Shown here: positions 11,287 through 27,025 of the stretch, in pieces | Position numbering within the stretch: position 1 is the stretch's first letter | How the letters are laid out: the number at the start of each line of letters is the position of its first letter | Source: Nemertoderma westbladi | Taxonomy: Eukaryota > Animalia > Xenacoelomorpha | Direction of reading: 5' to 3' | Assembly (NCBI GenBank): GCA_032718475.1 | Contig: JAUCBJ010002435.1 | Span: 1-51,473 of the forward strand | Length of the DNA stretch: 51,473 bases | Made by a program: the position numbers and the translations under genes | The notes under the pieces: generated by a model | The model's database searches: none | Seen by the model: only the letters and a program-made list of their open reading frames with translations | What the model was told of the DNA's origin: nothing

Positions 11287-13624
11287 GTAAATTTACACAC
11301 TTATATTATTTTGATGATAAATTCAAATATTTAGTTGATGATTAATTGTGGCATTTGTTTGTGTATGTCAGTCACAAGATTATTGCAATTGTTAGCAGCT
11401 GCCACAACATTTTGGTATTAGTTTGTGGCTGTCACAACATTACGACAATAATTGTTTGTGGCTGTCACAACATTACGACAATAATTGTTTGTGACTGTCA
11501 CAACATTACGACAATAATTGTTTGTGGCTGTCACAACATTGCGACAATAATTGCTTGTAGCTGTCACAACATTACGACAATTGTTTGTGGCTGTCACAAC
11601 ATTACGACAATTGTTTGTGGCTGTCAGAACATTCATACAATTGTTTGTTGCTGTCACAACATTACTACAATTGTTTGTAGCTGTCACAAGATTGTGATAA
11701 TTGTTTTTTGCTTTCACAACATTACGACAATAATTGTTTGTGGCTGTCACAACATTACGGCAATTGTTTGTAACTGTCACAACATTGCGACAATTGTTTG
11801 TGGCTGTCACAAAATTACGAAATTAATTGTTTGTGGCTGTGACAAAATTACTACAATTATTTGTGGCCGTCACAACATTACGACAATTGTTTGTATCTGT
11901 CACAACATTCGTACAATTGTTTGTTGCTGTCACAACATTGCGACAATTGTTTGTGGCTGTCACAACATTACGAAAATAATTGTTTGTGGCTGTGACAAAA
12001 TTACGAAAATAATTGTTTGTGGCTGTCACAACATCACGACCATTGTTTGTGGTTGTTACAACATTACGACAATTGTTTGTAACTGTCACAACATTACGAC
12101 AATTGTTTGTGGCTGTCACAACATTGCGACAATTGTTTGTGGCTGTCACAACATTACAACAATTATGTGTAGCTGTCACAACATTCGGACAATTGTTTGC
12201 GGTTGTCACAACGTTGCGACAATTGTTTGTGGCTGTCACAACCTTGCGACAATTGTTTGTAGCTGTCACAATATTGCGACAATTGTTTATGGCTGTCTCA
12301 ACATTCCGACAATTGTTTGTAGCTGTCCCGGTTGCACGGCATACTGCATAATAGCAGTTGTTTGTGGCTGATACAGAATTCCTCCATTGTTTATGCGTAT
12401 CACAAAACTTCGACTATTGTTTGTGGCTGTCACAACATTCTGGCAATTGTTTGCGGCTGTCACAAGCTTCTGAAATTGTTTGTGACTGTCACAACATTAC
12501 GACAATTTTTTGTGGCTGTCACAATATTGCGACAATTGTTTGTGGCTGTCACAATATTGCGAAAATTGTTTGTGGCTGTCCCGGTTGCACGGCATACTGA
12601 AACATAGCAGTTGTTTGTGGCTGATACAGAATTCCTCCATTGTTTATGCGTATCACAAAACTTCGACTATTGTTTGTGGCTGTCACAACATTCTGGCAAT
12701 TGTTTGCGGCTGTCACAAGCTTCTGAAATTGTTTGTGACTGTCACAACATTACGACAATTTTTTGTGGCTGTCACAATATTGCGACAATTGTTTGTGGCT
12801 GTCACAATATTGCGAAAATTGTTTGTGGCTGTCACAACATTACGACAATTGTTTGTTGTTTTTACAACATTACGACAGTTATTAATTGTGGCTATCACAA
12901 CAATCTAAAATTGTTTGTGACTGTCACAACATTACGATATTTTTTGTGGCTGTCATAATATTGCGACAATTGTTTGTGGCTGTCACAACATTACAATATT
13001 TGTTGTGGCTGTCATAATATTGCGACAATTGTTTGTGGCTGTCACAATATTGCGACAATTGTTTGTGGCTGTCACAACATTACTACAATGGTTTGTGGCT
13101 GTCACAACATTACGACAATTGTTTGTGGCTGTCACAACATTCGGACAATTGTTTGTGGCTGTCACAACATTCCGGCAATTGTTTGCGGCTGTCACAACAT
13201 TCCGGAAATTGTTTGTAGCTGTCACAACATTACGACAATTATGTGTAGCTGTCACAACATTCGGACAATTGTTTGTGGCCGTCACAACATTACGACAATT
13301 GTTTGTGGCTGTCACAAAATTATAACAGTTGTTTGTGGCTGTAACAACATTGCGACAATTGTTTGTAGCTATCACATCATTCGGACAATTGTTTGTGGCT
13401 GTCACAAAATTACAACAATTGTTTGTGGCTGTGACAAAATTACTGCAATTGTTTGTGGCTGTCACAATATTCCGAAATTGTTTGTGACTGTCCCAACACA
13501 GTTAGTTTTAGCTGTGGGATGTTGTGTGTGAAACTACCATGGTAAGAGGTTTGCAAGAGTTACTTTGTGCAAACCTGCAAGCATTGTTTATTAACACAAT
13601 CGAATGTATCTATATTTTTTCTAG

Positions 13625-13753
13625 TTTAACGAAGAAATTGACGACATAACGGATAATATTCCGTTGATATTGGGTGGCTCTGCCGCTCCTGATAAGCAAC
13701 CGATCTGCACAAGCGATCTTGATCTGCTCGATGAACCCAAAGCTGATAAGGAG
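13625..13753 (+). CDS. Repeat exon 2 (43 aa, ends DEPKADKE)
   Basis: AG/GT flanks, phase 0, open. Confidence 0.7.
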
Positions 13754-14816
13754 GTAAATTTACACACTTATATTATTTTGATGATAAATTTAAATATTTA
13801 GTTGATGATTAATTGTGGCATTTGTTTATGTATGTCAGTCACAAAATTATTGCAATTGTTAGCAGCTGCCACAACATTTTGTAATTTGTTTGTGGCGGTC
13901 ACAACATTACGACAATTATTTGTGGCCGTCACAACATTCGTACAATTGTTTGTGGCTGTCACAACATTACGACAATTCTTTGTAGCTATCACAACATTCG
14001 GACAATTGTTTGTGGCTGTCACAAAATTACGACAATTGTTTGTGGCTGTCACAACATTCGGACAATTGTTTGTGGCAGTCCCAACATTGCGACAAATGTT
14101 TGTGGCTGTCACAACATTCAGACAATTGTTTGTGGCTGTCACAAAATTACTACAATTGATTGTGGCTGTCACAACATTACGACAATTGTTTGTGGCTGTC
14201 ACAACATTACGACAATAATTGTTTGTGGCTGTCACAAAATTATAACAGTTGTTTGTGGCTGTAACAACATTGCGACAATTGTTTGTATAGCTATCACATC
14301 ATTCGGACAATTGTTTGTGGCTGTCACAAAATTACGACAATTGTTTGTGGCTATCACAACATTCGGACAATTGTTTGTGGCAGTCCCAACATTACGACAA
14401 ATGTTTGTGGCTGTCACAACATTCGGACAATTGTTTATGGCTGTCACAACATTACGACAATTGTTTGTGGCTGTCACAACATTCGGACAATTATTTGTGG
14501 CTGTCACAACATTCGGACAATTGTTTGTGGCAGTCCCAACATTGCGACAAATGTTTGTGGCTGTCACAACATTCAAACAATTGTTTGTGGCTGTCACAAC
14601 ATTGTGACAATTGATTGTGGCCGTCACAAAATTACTACAATTGATTGTGGCTGTCACAATATTCCGAAGTTGTTTGTGACTGTCCCAACACAGTTAGTTT
14701 TAGCTGTGAGATTTTATGTGTGAAACTACCATGGTAAGAGGTTTGCAAGAGTTACTTTGTGCAAACCTGCAAGCATTGTTTATTAACACAATCCAATGTA
14801 TCTATATTTTTTCTAG

Positions 14817-14945
14817 TTTAACGAAGAAATTGACGACATAGCGGATAATATTCCGTTGATATTGGGTGGCTCTGCTGCTCCTGATAAGCAACCGATCTGC
14901 ACAAGCGATCTTGATATGCTCGATGACCTTACCGCTGATAAAGAG
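14817..14945 (+). CDS. Repeat exon 3
   Basis: AG/GT flanks, phase 0, open. Confidence 0.7.
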
Positions 14946-16007
14946 GTAAATTTACACACTTATATTATTTTGATGATAAATTTAAAAGTTTATTTGAAGA
15001 TTAATTCTAATATTACGGAAATTGTTTGTGGCTGTTACAACATTCCTGCAATTTTTTGTGGCTGTCACAATATTACGACAATTGTTTGTAGCTGTCACAA
15101 TATTACGACAATTGTTTGTGGCTGTCACAACATTGTGACAATTGATTGTGGCTGTCACAACATTGTGACAATTGATTGTGGCTGTCACAATATTACGACA
15201 ATTGTTTGTGGCTGTCTCAACATTGCGACAATTGTTTGTGGCTGTCACAACATTCGGACAATTGTTTGTGGCCGTCACAACATTACGACAATTGTTTGTG
15301 GTTGTCACAACATTACGACAATTGTTTGTGGCTGTGACAAAATTACTGCAATTGTTTGTGGCTGTCACAATATTACGACAATTGTTTGTGGCTGTCACAA
15401 CATTCGGACAATTGTTTGTGGCCGTCACACCATTACGACAATTGTTTGTGGTTGTCACAACATTACGACAATTGTTTGTGGCTGTCTCAACATTGCGACA
15501 ATTGTTTGTGGCTGTCACAACATTCGGACAATTGTTTGTGGCCGTCACACCATTACGACAATTGTTTGTGGTTGTCACAACATTACGACAATTGTTTGTG
15601 GCTGTCTCAACATTGCGACAATTGTTTGTGGCTGTCACAACATTCGGACAATTGTTTGTGGCCGTCACACCATTACGACAATTGTTTGTGGCTGTCTCAA
15701 CATTGCGACAATTGTTTGTGGCTGTCACAACATTCGGACAATTGTTTGTGGCCGTCACACCATTACGACAATTGTTTGTGGTTGTCACAACATTACGACA
15801 ATTGTTTGTGGCTGTGACAAAATTACTGCAATTGTTTGTGGCTGTCACAATATTCCGAAATTGTTTGTGACTGTCCCAACACAGTTAGTTTTAGCTGTGG
15901 GATGTTGTGTGTGAAACTACCATGGTAAGAGGTTTGCAAGTGTTACTTTGTGCAAACCTGCAAGCATTGTTTATTAACACAATCCAATGTATCTATATTT
16001 TTTCTAG

Positions 16008-16136
16008 TTTAACGAAGAAATTGACGACATAACGGATAATATTCCGTTGATATTGGGTGGCTCTGCTGCTCCTGATAGGCAACCGATCTGCACAAGCGAT
16101 CTTGATCTGCTCGATGAACCCACCGCTGATAAGGAG
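16008..16136 (+). CDS. Repeat exon 4 (ends DEPTADKE)
   Basis: AG/GT flanks, phase 0, open. Confidence 0.7.
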
Positions 16137-17288
16137 GTAAATTTACACACTTATATTATTTTGATGATAAATTTAAATATTTAGTTGATGATTAATTGTG
16201 GCATTTGTTTATGTATGTCAGTCACAAAATTATTGCAATTGTTAGCAGCTGCCACAACATTTTGTTATTTGTTTGTGGCTGTCACAACATTACGACAATT
16301 CTTTGTAGCTATCACAACATTCGGACAATGTTTGTGGCTGTCACAAAATTGCGACAATTGTTTGTGGCTGTCACAACATTCGGACAATTGTTTGTGGCAG
16401 TCCCAACATTGCGACAAATGTTTGTGGCTGTCACAACATTCAGACAATTGTTTGGGGCTGTCACAAAATTACTACAATTGATTGTGGCTGTCACAACATT
16501 ACGACAATTGTTTGTGGCTGTCACAACATTCGGACAATTGTTTGTGGCTGTCACAACATTACGACAATTTTTTTGTGGCTGTCATAACATGCGTACAATT
16601 GTTTGTGGCTGTCACAACATTACGACAATTGTTTGTGGCTGTCACAACATTCGGACAATTGTTTGTGGCTGTCACAAAATTACGACAATTGTTTGTGGCT
16701 GTTACAACATTGCGACAATTGTTTGTAGCTGTCACAAAATTACGACAATTGTTTGTGGCTGTCACAACATTCGGACAATTGTTTGTGGCAGTCCCAACAT
16801 TGCGACAAATGTTTGTGGCTGTCACAACATTCAGACAATTGTTTGTGGCTGTCACAAAATTACTACAATTGATTGTGGCTGTCACAACATTACGACAATT
16901 GTTTGTGGCTGTCACAACATTCGGACAATTGTTTGTGGCTGTCACAACATTACGACAATTGTTTGTGGCTGTCACAACATTCGGACAATTATTTGTGGCT
17001 GTCACAACATTCGGACAATTGTTTGTGGCAGTCCCAACATTGCGACAAATGTTTGTGGCTGTCACAACATTCAAACAATTGTTTGTGGCTGGCCGTCACA
17101 AAATTACTACAATTGATTGTGGCTGTCACAATTTTCCGAAGTTGTTTGTGACTGTCCCAACACAGTTAGTTTTAGCTGTGAGATTTTGTGTGTGAAACTA
17201 CCATGGTAAGAGGTTTGCAAGAGTTACTTTGTGCAAACCTGCAAGCATTGTTTATTAACACAATCCAATGTATCTATATTTTTTCTAG

Positions 17289-17417
17289 TTTAACGAAGAA
17301 ATTGACGACATAACGGATAATATTCCGTTGATATTGGGTGGCTCTGCTGCTCCTGATAAGCAACCGATCTGCATAAGCGATCTTGATATGCTCGATGACC
17401 TCACCGCTGATAAAGAG
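17289..17417 (+). CDS. Repeat exon 5
   Basis: AG/GT flanks, phase 0, open. Confidence 0.7.
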
Positions 17418-18688
17418 GTAAATTTACACACTTATATTATTTTGATGATAAATTTAAAAGTTTATTTGAAGACTAATTCTAATATTACGGAAATTGTTTG
17501 TGGCTGTTACAACATTCCTGCAATTTTTGTGGCTGTCACAATATTACGACAATTGTTTGTAGCTGTCACAATATTACGACAATTGTTTGTGGCTGTCACA
17601 ACATTGTGACAATTGATTGTGGCTGTCACAACATTGTGACAATTGATTGTGGCTGTCACAATATTACGACAATTGTCTGTGGCTGTCACAACATTGTGAC
17701 AATTGATTGTGGCTGTCACAATATTACGACAATTGTTTGTAGCTGTCACAATATTACGACAATTCTTTGTGGCTGTCTCAACATTGCGACAATTATTTGT
17801 GGCTGTCACAACATTACGACAATTGTTTGTAGCTGTCACAACATTCGGACAATTGTTTGTGGCCGTCACAACATTACGACAATTGTTTGTGGTTGTCACA
17901 ACATTACGACAATTGTTTGTGGTTGTCACAACATTCGGACAATTGTTTGTGGCCGTCACACCATTACGACAATTGTTTGTGGTTGTCACAACATTACGAC
18001 AATTGTTTGTGGCTGTCACAACATTCGGACAATTGTTTGTGGCCGTCACAACATTACGACAATTGTTTGTGGCTGTTACAACATTGCGACAATTGTTTGT
18101 AGCTGTCACAAAATTACGACAATTGTTTGTGGCTGTCACAACATTCGGACAATTGTTTGTGGCAGTCCCAACATTGCGACAAATGTTTGTGGCTGTCACA
18201 ACATTCAGACAATTGTTTGTGGCTGTCACAAAATTACTACAATTGATTGTGGCTGTCACAACATTACGACAATTGTTTGTGGCTGTCACAACATTCGGAC
18301 AATTGTTTGTGGCTGTCACAACATTACGACAATTGTTTGTGGCTGTCACAACATTCGGACAATTATTTGTGGCTGTCACAACATTCGGACAATTGTTTGT
18401 GGCAGTCCCAACATTGCGACAAATGTTTGTGGCTGTCACAACATTCAAACAATTGTTTGTGGCTGTCACAACATTGTGACAATTGATTGTGGCCGTCACA
18501 AAATTACTACAATTGATTGTGGCTGTCACAATATTCCGAAGTTGTTTGTGACTGTCCCAACACAGTTAGTTTTAGCTGTGAGATTTTGTGTGTGAAACTA
18601 CCATGGTAAGAGGTTTGCAAGAGTTACTTTGTGCAAACCTGCAAGCATTGTTTATTAACACAATCCAATGTATCTATATTTTTTCTAG

Positions 18689-18817
18689 TTTAACGAAGAA
18701 ATTGACGACATAACGGATAATATTCCGTTGATATTGGGTGGCTCTGCTGCTCCTGATAAGCAACCGATCTGCATAAGCGATCTTGATATGCTCGATGACC
18801 TCACCGCTGATAAAGAG
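18689..18817 (+). CDS. Repeat exon 6
   Basis: AG/GT flanks, phase 0, open; 1400 bp after exon 5. Confidence 0.7.
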
Positions 18818-20088
18818 GTAAATTTACACACTTATATTATTTTGATGATAAATTTAAAAGTTTATTTGAAGACTAATTCTAATATTACGGAAATTGTTTG
18901 TGGCTGTTACAACATTCCTGCAATTTTTGTGGCTGTCACAATATTACGACAATTGTTTGTAGCTGTCACAATATTACGACAATTGTTTGTGGCTGTCACA
19001 ACATTGTGACAATTGATTGTGGCTGTCACAACATTGTGACAATTGATTGTGGCTGTCACAATATTACGACAATTGTCTGTGGCTGTCACAACATTGTGAC
19101 AATTGATTGTGGCTGTCACAATATTACGACAATTGTTTGTAGCTGTCACAATATTACGACAATTCTTTGTGGCTGTCTCAACATTGCGACAATTATTTGT
19201 GGCTGTCACAACATTACGACAATTGTTTGTAGCTGTCACAACATTCGGACAATTGTTTGTGGCCGTCACAACATTACGACAATTGTTTGTGGTTGTCACA
19301 ACATTACGACAATTGTTTGTGGTTGTCACAACATTCGGACAATTGTTTGTGGCCGTCACACCATTACGACAATTGTTTGTGGTTGTCACAACATTACGAC
19401 AATTGTTTGTGGCTGTCACAACATTCGGACAATTGTTTGTGGCCGTCACAACATTACGACAATTGTTTGTGGCTGTTACAACATTGCGACAATTGTTTGT
19501 AGCTGTCACAAAATTACGACAATTGTTTGTGGCTGTCACAACATTCGGACAATTGTTTGTGGCAGTCCCAACATTGCGACAAATGTTTGTGGCTGTCACA
19601 ACATTCAGACAATTGTTTGTGGCTGTCACAAAATTACTACAATTGATTGTGGCTGTCACAACATTACGACAATTGTTTGTGGCTGTCACAACATTCGGAC
19701 AATTGTTTGTGGCTGTCACAACATTACGACAATTGTTTGTGGCTGTCACAACATTCGGACAATTATTTGTGGCTGTCACAACATTCGGACAATTGTTTGT
19801 GGCAGTCCCAACATTGCGACAAATGTTTGTGGCTGTCACAACATTCAAACAATTGTTTGTGGCTGTCACAACATTGTGACAATTGATTGTGGCCGTCACA
19901 AAATTACTACAATTGATTGTGGCTGTCACAATATTCCGAAGTTGTTTGTGACTGTCCCAACACAGTTAGTTTTAGCTGTGAGATTTTGTGTGTGAAACTA
20001 CCATGGTAAGAGGTTTGCAAGAGTTACTTTGTGCAAACCTGCAAGCATTGTTTATTAACACAATCCAATGTATCTATATTTTTTCTAG

Positions 20089-20217
20089 TTTAACGAAGAA
20101 ATTGACGACATAACGGATAATATTCCGTTGATATTGGGTGGCTCTGCTGCTCCTGATAAGCAACCGATCTGCATAAGCGATCTTGATATGCTCGATGACC
20201 TCACCGCTGATAAAGAG
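20089..20217 (+). CDS. Repeat exon 7
   Basis: AG/GT flanks, phase 0, open; 1400 bp after exon 6. Confidence 0.7.
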
Positions 20218-22957
20218 GTAAATTTACACACTTATATTATTTTGATGATAAATTTAAAAGTTTATTTGAAGATTAATTCTAATATTACGGAAATTGTTTG
20301 TGGCTGTTACAACATTCCTGCAATTTTTGTGGCTGTCACAATATTACGACAATTGTTTGTAGCTGTCACAATATTACGACAATTGTTTGTGGCTGTCACA
20401 ACATTGTGACAATTGATTGTGGCTGTCACAACATTGTGACAATTGATTGTGGCTGTCACAATATTACGACAATTGTCTGTGGCTGTCACAACATTGTGAC
20501 AATTGATTGTGGCTGTCACAATATTACGACAATTCTTTGTGGCTGTCTCAACATTGCGACAATTATTTGTGGCTGTCACAACATTACGACAATTGTTTGT
20601 AGCTGTCACAACATTCGGACAATTGTTTGTGGCCGTCACAACATTACGACAATTGTTTGTGGTTGTCACAACATTACGACAATTGTTTGTGGCTGTCACA
20701 ACATTCGGACAATTGTTTGTGGCCGTCACACCATTACGACAATTGTTTGTGGTTGTCACAACATTACGACAATTGTTTGTGGCTGTCACAACATTCGGAC
20801 AATTGTTTGTGGCCGTCACAACATTACGACAATTGTTTGTGGTTGTCACAACATTGCGACAATTGTTTGTGGCTTCACAATATTGCTACAATTGTTTGTG
20901 GTTGTCACAACATTGCGAAAATTGTTTGTGGCTGTCACAACATTCGGACAATTGTTTGTGGCCGTCACTACAATACGACAATTGTTTGTGGTTGTCACAA
21001 CATTGCGACAATTGTTTGTGGCTGTCACAATATTGCTACAATTGTTTGTGGTTGTCACAACATTGCGACAATTATTTGTGGCTGTCACAACATTCGGACA
21101 ATTGTTTGTGGCCGTCACAACATTACGACAATTGTTTGTGGTTGTCACAACATTGCGACAATTGTTTGTGGCTGTCACAACATTCGGACAATTGTTTGTG
21201 GCCGTCACAACATTACGACAATTGTTTGTGGTTGTCACAACATTACGACAATTGTTTGTGGCTGTCACAACATTCGGACAATTGTTTGTGGCTGTCAGAA
21301 CATTGTGACAATTGATTGTGGCTGTCACAACATTACGACAATTGTTTGTAGCTGTCACAATATTACGACAATTGTTTGTGGCTGTCGCAACATTACGACA
21401 ATTGTTTGTGGCTGTCACAACATTCGGACAATTGTTTGTGGCTGTCACAACATTGTGACAATTGATTGTGGCTGTCACAACATTACGACAATTGTTTGTA
21501 GCTGTCACAATATTGCGACAATTGTTTGTGGCTGTCGCAACATTACGACAATTGTTTGTGGCTGTCACAACATTCGGACAATTGTTTGTGGCTGTCAGAA
21601 CATTGTGACAATTGATTGTGGCTGTCACAACATTACGACACTTGTTTGTAGCTGTCACAATATTACGACAATTGTTTGTGGCTGTCGCAACATTACGACA
21701 ATTGTTTGTGGCTGTCACAACATTCGGACAATTGTTTGTGGCTGTCACAAAATTGTGACAATTGATTGTGGCTGTCACAACATTACGACAATTGTTTGTA
21801 GCTGTCACAATATTACGACAATTGTTTGTGGCTGTCGCAACATTACGACAATTGTTTGTGGCTGTCACAACATTCGGACAATTGTTTGTGGCTGTCACAA
21901 TATTACGACAATTGTTTGTGGTTGTCACAACATTACGACAATTGTTTGTAGCTGTCACAACATTCGGACAATTGTTTGTGGCCGTCGCAACATTACGACA
22001 ATTGTTTGTAGCTGTCACAATATTACGACAATTGTTTGTGGCTGTCACATCATTCGGACAATTGTTTGTGGCCGTCACAACATTACGACAATTGTTTGTG
22101 GTTGTCACAACATTGCGACAATTGTTTGTGGCTGTCACAACATTCGGACAATTGTTTGTGGCTGTCACAATATTACGACAATTGTTTGTGGTTGTCACAA
22201 CATTACGACAATTGTTTGTGGCTGTCACAACATTACGACAATTGTTTGTGGTTGTCACAACATTACGACAATTGTTTGTGGCTGTCACAACATTACGACA
22301 ATTGTTTGTGGCTGTCGCAACATTACGACAATTGTTTGTGGCTGTCGCAACATTACGACAATTGTTTGTGGCTGTCACAACATTCGGACAATTGTTTGTG
22401 GCTGTCACAACATTACGACAATTGTTTGTGGCTGTCACAACATTACGACAATTGTTTGTGGTTGTCACAACATTACGAAAATTGTTTGTGGCTGTCACAA
22501 CATTACGACAATTGTTTGTAGCTGTCACAATATTACGACAATTGTTTGTGGCTGTCGCAACATTACGACAATTGTTTGTGGCTGTCACAACATTACGACA
22601 ATTGTTTGTGGCTGTCGCAACATTACGACAATTGTTTGTGGCTGTCACAACATTCGGACAATTGTTTGTGGTTGTCACAATGTTACGAAAATTGTTTTCT
22701 GCTGTCACAATATTCCGACAATTGTTTGCGGCTGTCACAATATTACGACAATTGTTTGTGGCTGTCACAACATTACGACAATTGTTTGTGGCTGTCACAA
22801 TATTCCGAAGTTGTTTGTGACTGTCCCATAACAGTTAGTTTTAGCTGTGAGATTTTGTGTGTGAAACTACCATGGTAAGAGGTTTGCAAGAGTTACTTTG
22901 TTCAAACCTGCAAGCATTGTTTATTAACACAATCCAATGTATCTATATTTTTTCTAG

Positions 22958-23086
22958 TTTAACGAAGAAATTGACGACATAACGGATAATATTCCGTTGA
23001 TATTGGGTGGCTCTGCTGCTCCTGATAAGCAACCGATCTGCACAAGCGATCTTGATATGCTCGATGACCTCACCGCTGATAAAGAG
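22958..23086 (+). CDS. Repeat exon 8
   Basis: AG/GT flanks, phase 0, open. Confidence 0.7.
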
Positions 23087-23997
23087 GTAAATTTACACAC
23101 TTATAATATTTTGATGATAAATTTAAAAGTTTATTTGAAGATTAATTCTAATATTACGGAAATTGTTTGTGGCTGTTACAACATTCCTGCAATTTTTGTG
23201 GCAGTCACAATATTACGACAATTGTTTGTAGCTGTCACAATATTACGACAATTGTTTGTGGCTGTCACAACATTGTGACAATTGATTGTGGCTGTCACAA
23301 CATTGTGACAATTGATTGTGGCTGTCACAATATTACGACAATTGTCTGTGGCTGTCACAACATTGTGACAATTGATTGTGGCTGTCACAATATTACGACA
23401 ATTGTTTGTAGCTGTCACAATATTACGACAATTCTTTGTGGCTGTCTCAACATTGCGACAATTATTTGTGGCTGTCACAACATTACGACAATTGTTTGTA
23501 GCTGTCACAACATTCGGACAATTGTTTGTGGCCGTCACAACATTACGACAATTGTTTGTGGTTGTCACAACATTACGACAATTGTTTGTGGCTGTCACAA
23601 CATTCGGACAATTGTTTGTGGCTGTCACAACATTACGACAATTGTTTGTGGCTGTCACAACATTCGGACAATTATTTGTGGCTGTCACAACATTCGGACA
23701 ATTGTTTGTGGCAGTCCCAACATTGCGACAAATGTTTGTGGCTGTCACAACATTCAAACAATTGTTTGTGGCTGTCACAACATTGTGACAATTGATTGTG
23801 GCCGTCACAAAATTACTACAATTGATTGTGGCTGTCACAATATTCCGAAGTTGTTTGTGACTGTCCCAACACAGTTAGTTTTAGCTGTGAGATTTTGTGT
23901 GTGAAACTACCATGGTAAGAGGTTTGCAAGAGTTACTTTGTGCAAACCTGCAAGCATTGTTTATTAACACAATCCAATGTATCTATATTTTTTCTAG

Positions 23998-24126
23998 TTT
24001 AACGAAGAAATTGACGACATAACGGATAATATTCCGTTGATATTGGGTGGCTCTGCTGCTCCTGATAAGCAACCGATCTGCATAAGCGATCTTGATATGC
24101 TCGATGACCTCACCGCTGATAAAGAG
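23998..24126 (+). CDS. Repeat exon 9
   Basis: AG/GT flanks, phase 0, open. Confidence 0.7.
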
Positions 24127-26896
24127 GTAAATTTACACACTTATATTATTTTGATGATAAATTTAAAAGTTTATTTGAAGATTAATTCTAATATTACGGA
24201 AATTGTTTGTGGCTGTTACAACATTCCTGCAATTTTTGTGGCAGTCACAATATTACGACAATTGTTTGTAGCTGTCACAATATTACGACAATTGTTTGTG
24301 GCTGTCACAACATTGTGACAATTGATTGTGGCTGTCACAACATTGTGACAATTGATTGTGGCTGTCACAATATTACGACAATTGTCTGTGGCTGTCACAA
24401 CATTGTGACAATTGATTGTGGCTGTCACAATATTACGACAATTGTTTGTAGCTGTCACAATATTACGACAATTCTTTGTGGCTGTCTCAACATTGCGACA
24501 ATTATTTGTGGCTGTCACAACATTACGACAATTGTTTGTAGCTGTCACAACATTCGGACAATTGTTTGTGGCCGTCACAACATTACGACAATTGTTTGTG
24601 GTTGTCACAACATTACGACAATTGTTTGTGGCTGTCACAACATTCGGACAATTGTTTGTGGCCGTCACACCATTACGACAATTGTTTGTGGTTGTCACAA
24701 CATTACGACAATTGTTTGTGGCTGTCACAACATTCGGACAATTGTTTGTGGCCGTCACAACATTACGACAATTGTTTGTGGTTGTCACAACATTGCGACA
24801 ATTGTTTGTGGCTTCACAATATTGCTACAATTGTTTGTGGTTGTCACAACATTGCGAAAATTGTTTGTGGCTGTCACAACATTCGGACAATTGTTTGTGG
24901 CCGTCACTACAATACGACAATTGTTTGTGGTTGTCACAACATTGCGACAATTGTTTGTGGCTGTCACAATATTGCTACAATTGTTTGTGGTTGTCACAAC
25001 ATTGCGACAATTATTTGTGGCTGTCACAACATTCGGACAATTGTTTGTGGCCGTCACAACATTACGACAATTGTTTGTGGTTGTCACAACATTGCGACAA
25101 TTGTTTGTGGCTGTCACAACATTCGGACAATTGTTTGTGGCCGTCACAACATTACGACAATTGTTTGTGGTTGTCACAACATTACGACAATTGTTTGTGG
25201 CTGTCACAACATTCGGACAATTGTTTGTGGCTGTCAGAACATTGTGACAATTGATTGTGGCTGTCACAACATTACGACAATTGTTTGTAGCTGTCACAAT
25301 ATTACGACAATTGTTTGTGGCTGTCGCAACATTACGACAATTGTTTGTGGCTGTCACAACATTCGGACAATTGTTTGTGGCTGTCACAACATTGTGACAA
25401 TTGATTGTGGCTGTCACAACATTACGACAATTGTTTGTAGCTGTCACAATATTGCGACAATTGTTTGTGGCTGTCGCAACATTACGACAATTGTTTGTGG
25501 CTGTCACAACATTCGGACAATTGTTTGTGGCTGTCAGAACATTGTGTCAATTGATTGTGGCTGTCACAACATTACGACACTTGTTTGTAGCTGTCACAAT
25601 ATTACGACAATTGTTTGTGGCTGTCGCAACATTACGACAATTGTTTGTGGCTGTCACAACATTCGGACAATTGTTTGTGGCTGTCACAAAATTGTGACAA
25701 TTGATTGTGGCTGTCACAACATTACGACAATTGTTTGTAGCTGTCACAATATTACGACAATTGTTTGTGGCTGTCGCAACATTACGACAATTGTTTGTGG
25801 CTGTCACAACATTCGGACAATTGTTTGTGGCTGTCACAATATTACGACAATTGTTTGTGGTTGTCACAACATTACGACAATTGTTTGTAGCTGTCACAAC
25901 ATTCGGACAATTGTTTGTGGCCGTCGCAACATTACGACAATTGTTTGTAGCTGTCACAATATTACGACAATTGTTTGTGGCTGTCACATCATTCGGACAA
26001 TTGTTTGTGGCCGTCACAACATTACGACAATTGTTTGTGGTTGTCACAACATTGCGACAATTGTTTGTGGCTGTCACAACATTCGGACAATTGTTTGTGG
26101 CTGTCACAATATTACGACAATTGTTTGTGGTTGTCACAACATTACGACAATTGTTTGTGGCTGTCACAACATTACGACAATTGTTTGTGGTTGTCACAAC
26201 ATTACGACAATTGTTTGTGGCTGTCACAACATTACGACAATTGTTTGTGGCTGTCGCAACATTACGACAATTGTTTGTGGCTGTCGCAACATTACGACAA
26301 TTGTTTGTGGCTGTCACAACATTCGGACAATTGTTTGTGGCTGTCACAACATTACGACAATTGTTTGTGGCTGTCACAACATTACGACAATTGTTTGTGG
26401 TTGTCACAACATTACGAAAATTGTTTGTGGCTGTCACAACATTACGACAATTGTTTGTAGCTGTCACAATATTACGACAATTGTTTGTGGCTGTCGCAAC
26501 ATTACGACAATTGTTTGTGGCTGTCACAACATTACGACAATTGTTTGTGGCTGTCGCAACATTACGACAATTGTTTGTGGCTGTCACAACATTCGGACAA
26601 TTGTTTGTGGCTGTCACAATGTTACGAAAATTGTTTTCTGCTGTCACAATATTCCGACAATTGTTTGCGGCTGTCACAATATTACGACAATTGTTTGTGG
26701 CTGTCACAACATTACGACAATTGTTTGTGGCTGTCACAATATTCCGAAGTTGTTTGTGACTGTCCCATAACAGTTAGTTTTAGCTGTGAGATTTTGTGTG
26801 TGAAACTACCATGGTAAGAGGTTTGCAAGAGTTACTTTGTGCAAACCTGCAAGCATTGTTTATTAACACAATCCAATGTATCTATATTTTTTCTAG

Positions 26897-27025
26897 TTTA
26901 ACGAAGAAATTGACGACATAACGGATAATATTCCGTTGATATTGGGTGGCTCTGCTGCTCCTGATAAGCAACCGATCTGCATAAGCGATCTTGATATGCT
27001 CGATGACCTCACCGCTGATAAAGAG
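26897..27025 (+). CDS. Repeat exon 10
   Basis: AG/GT flanks, phase 0, open. Confidence 0.7.
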
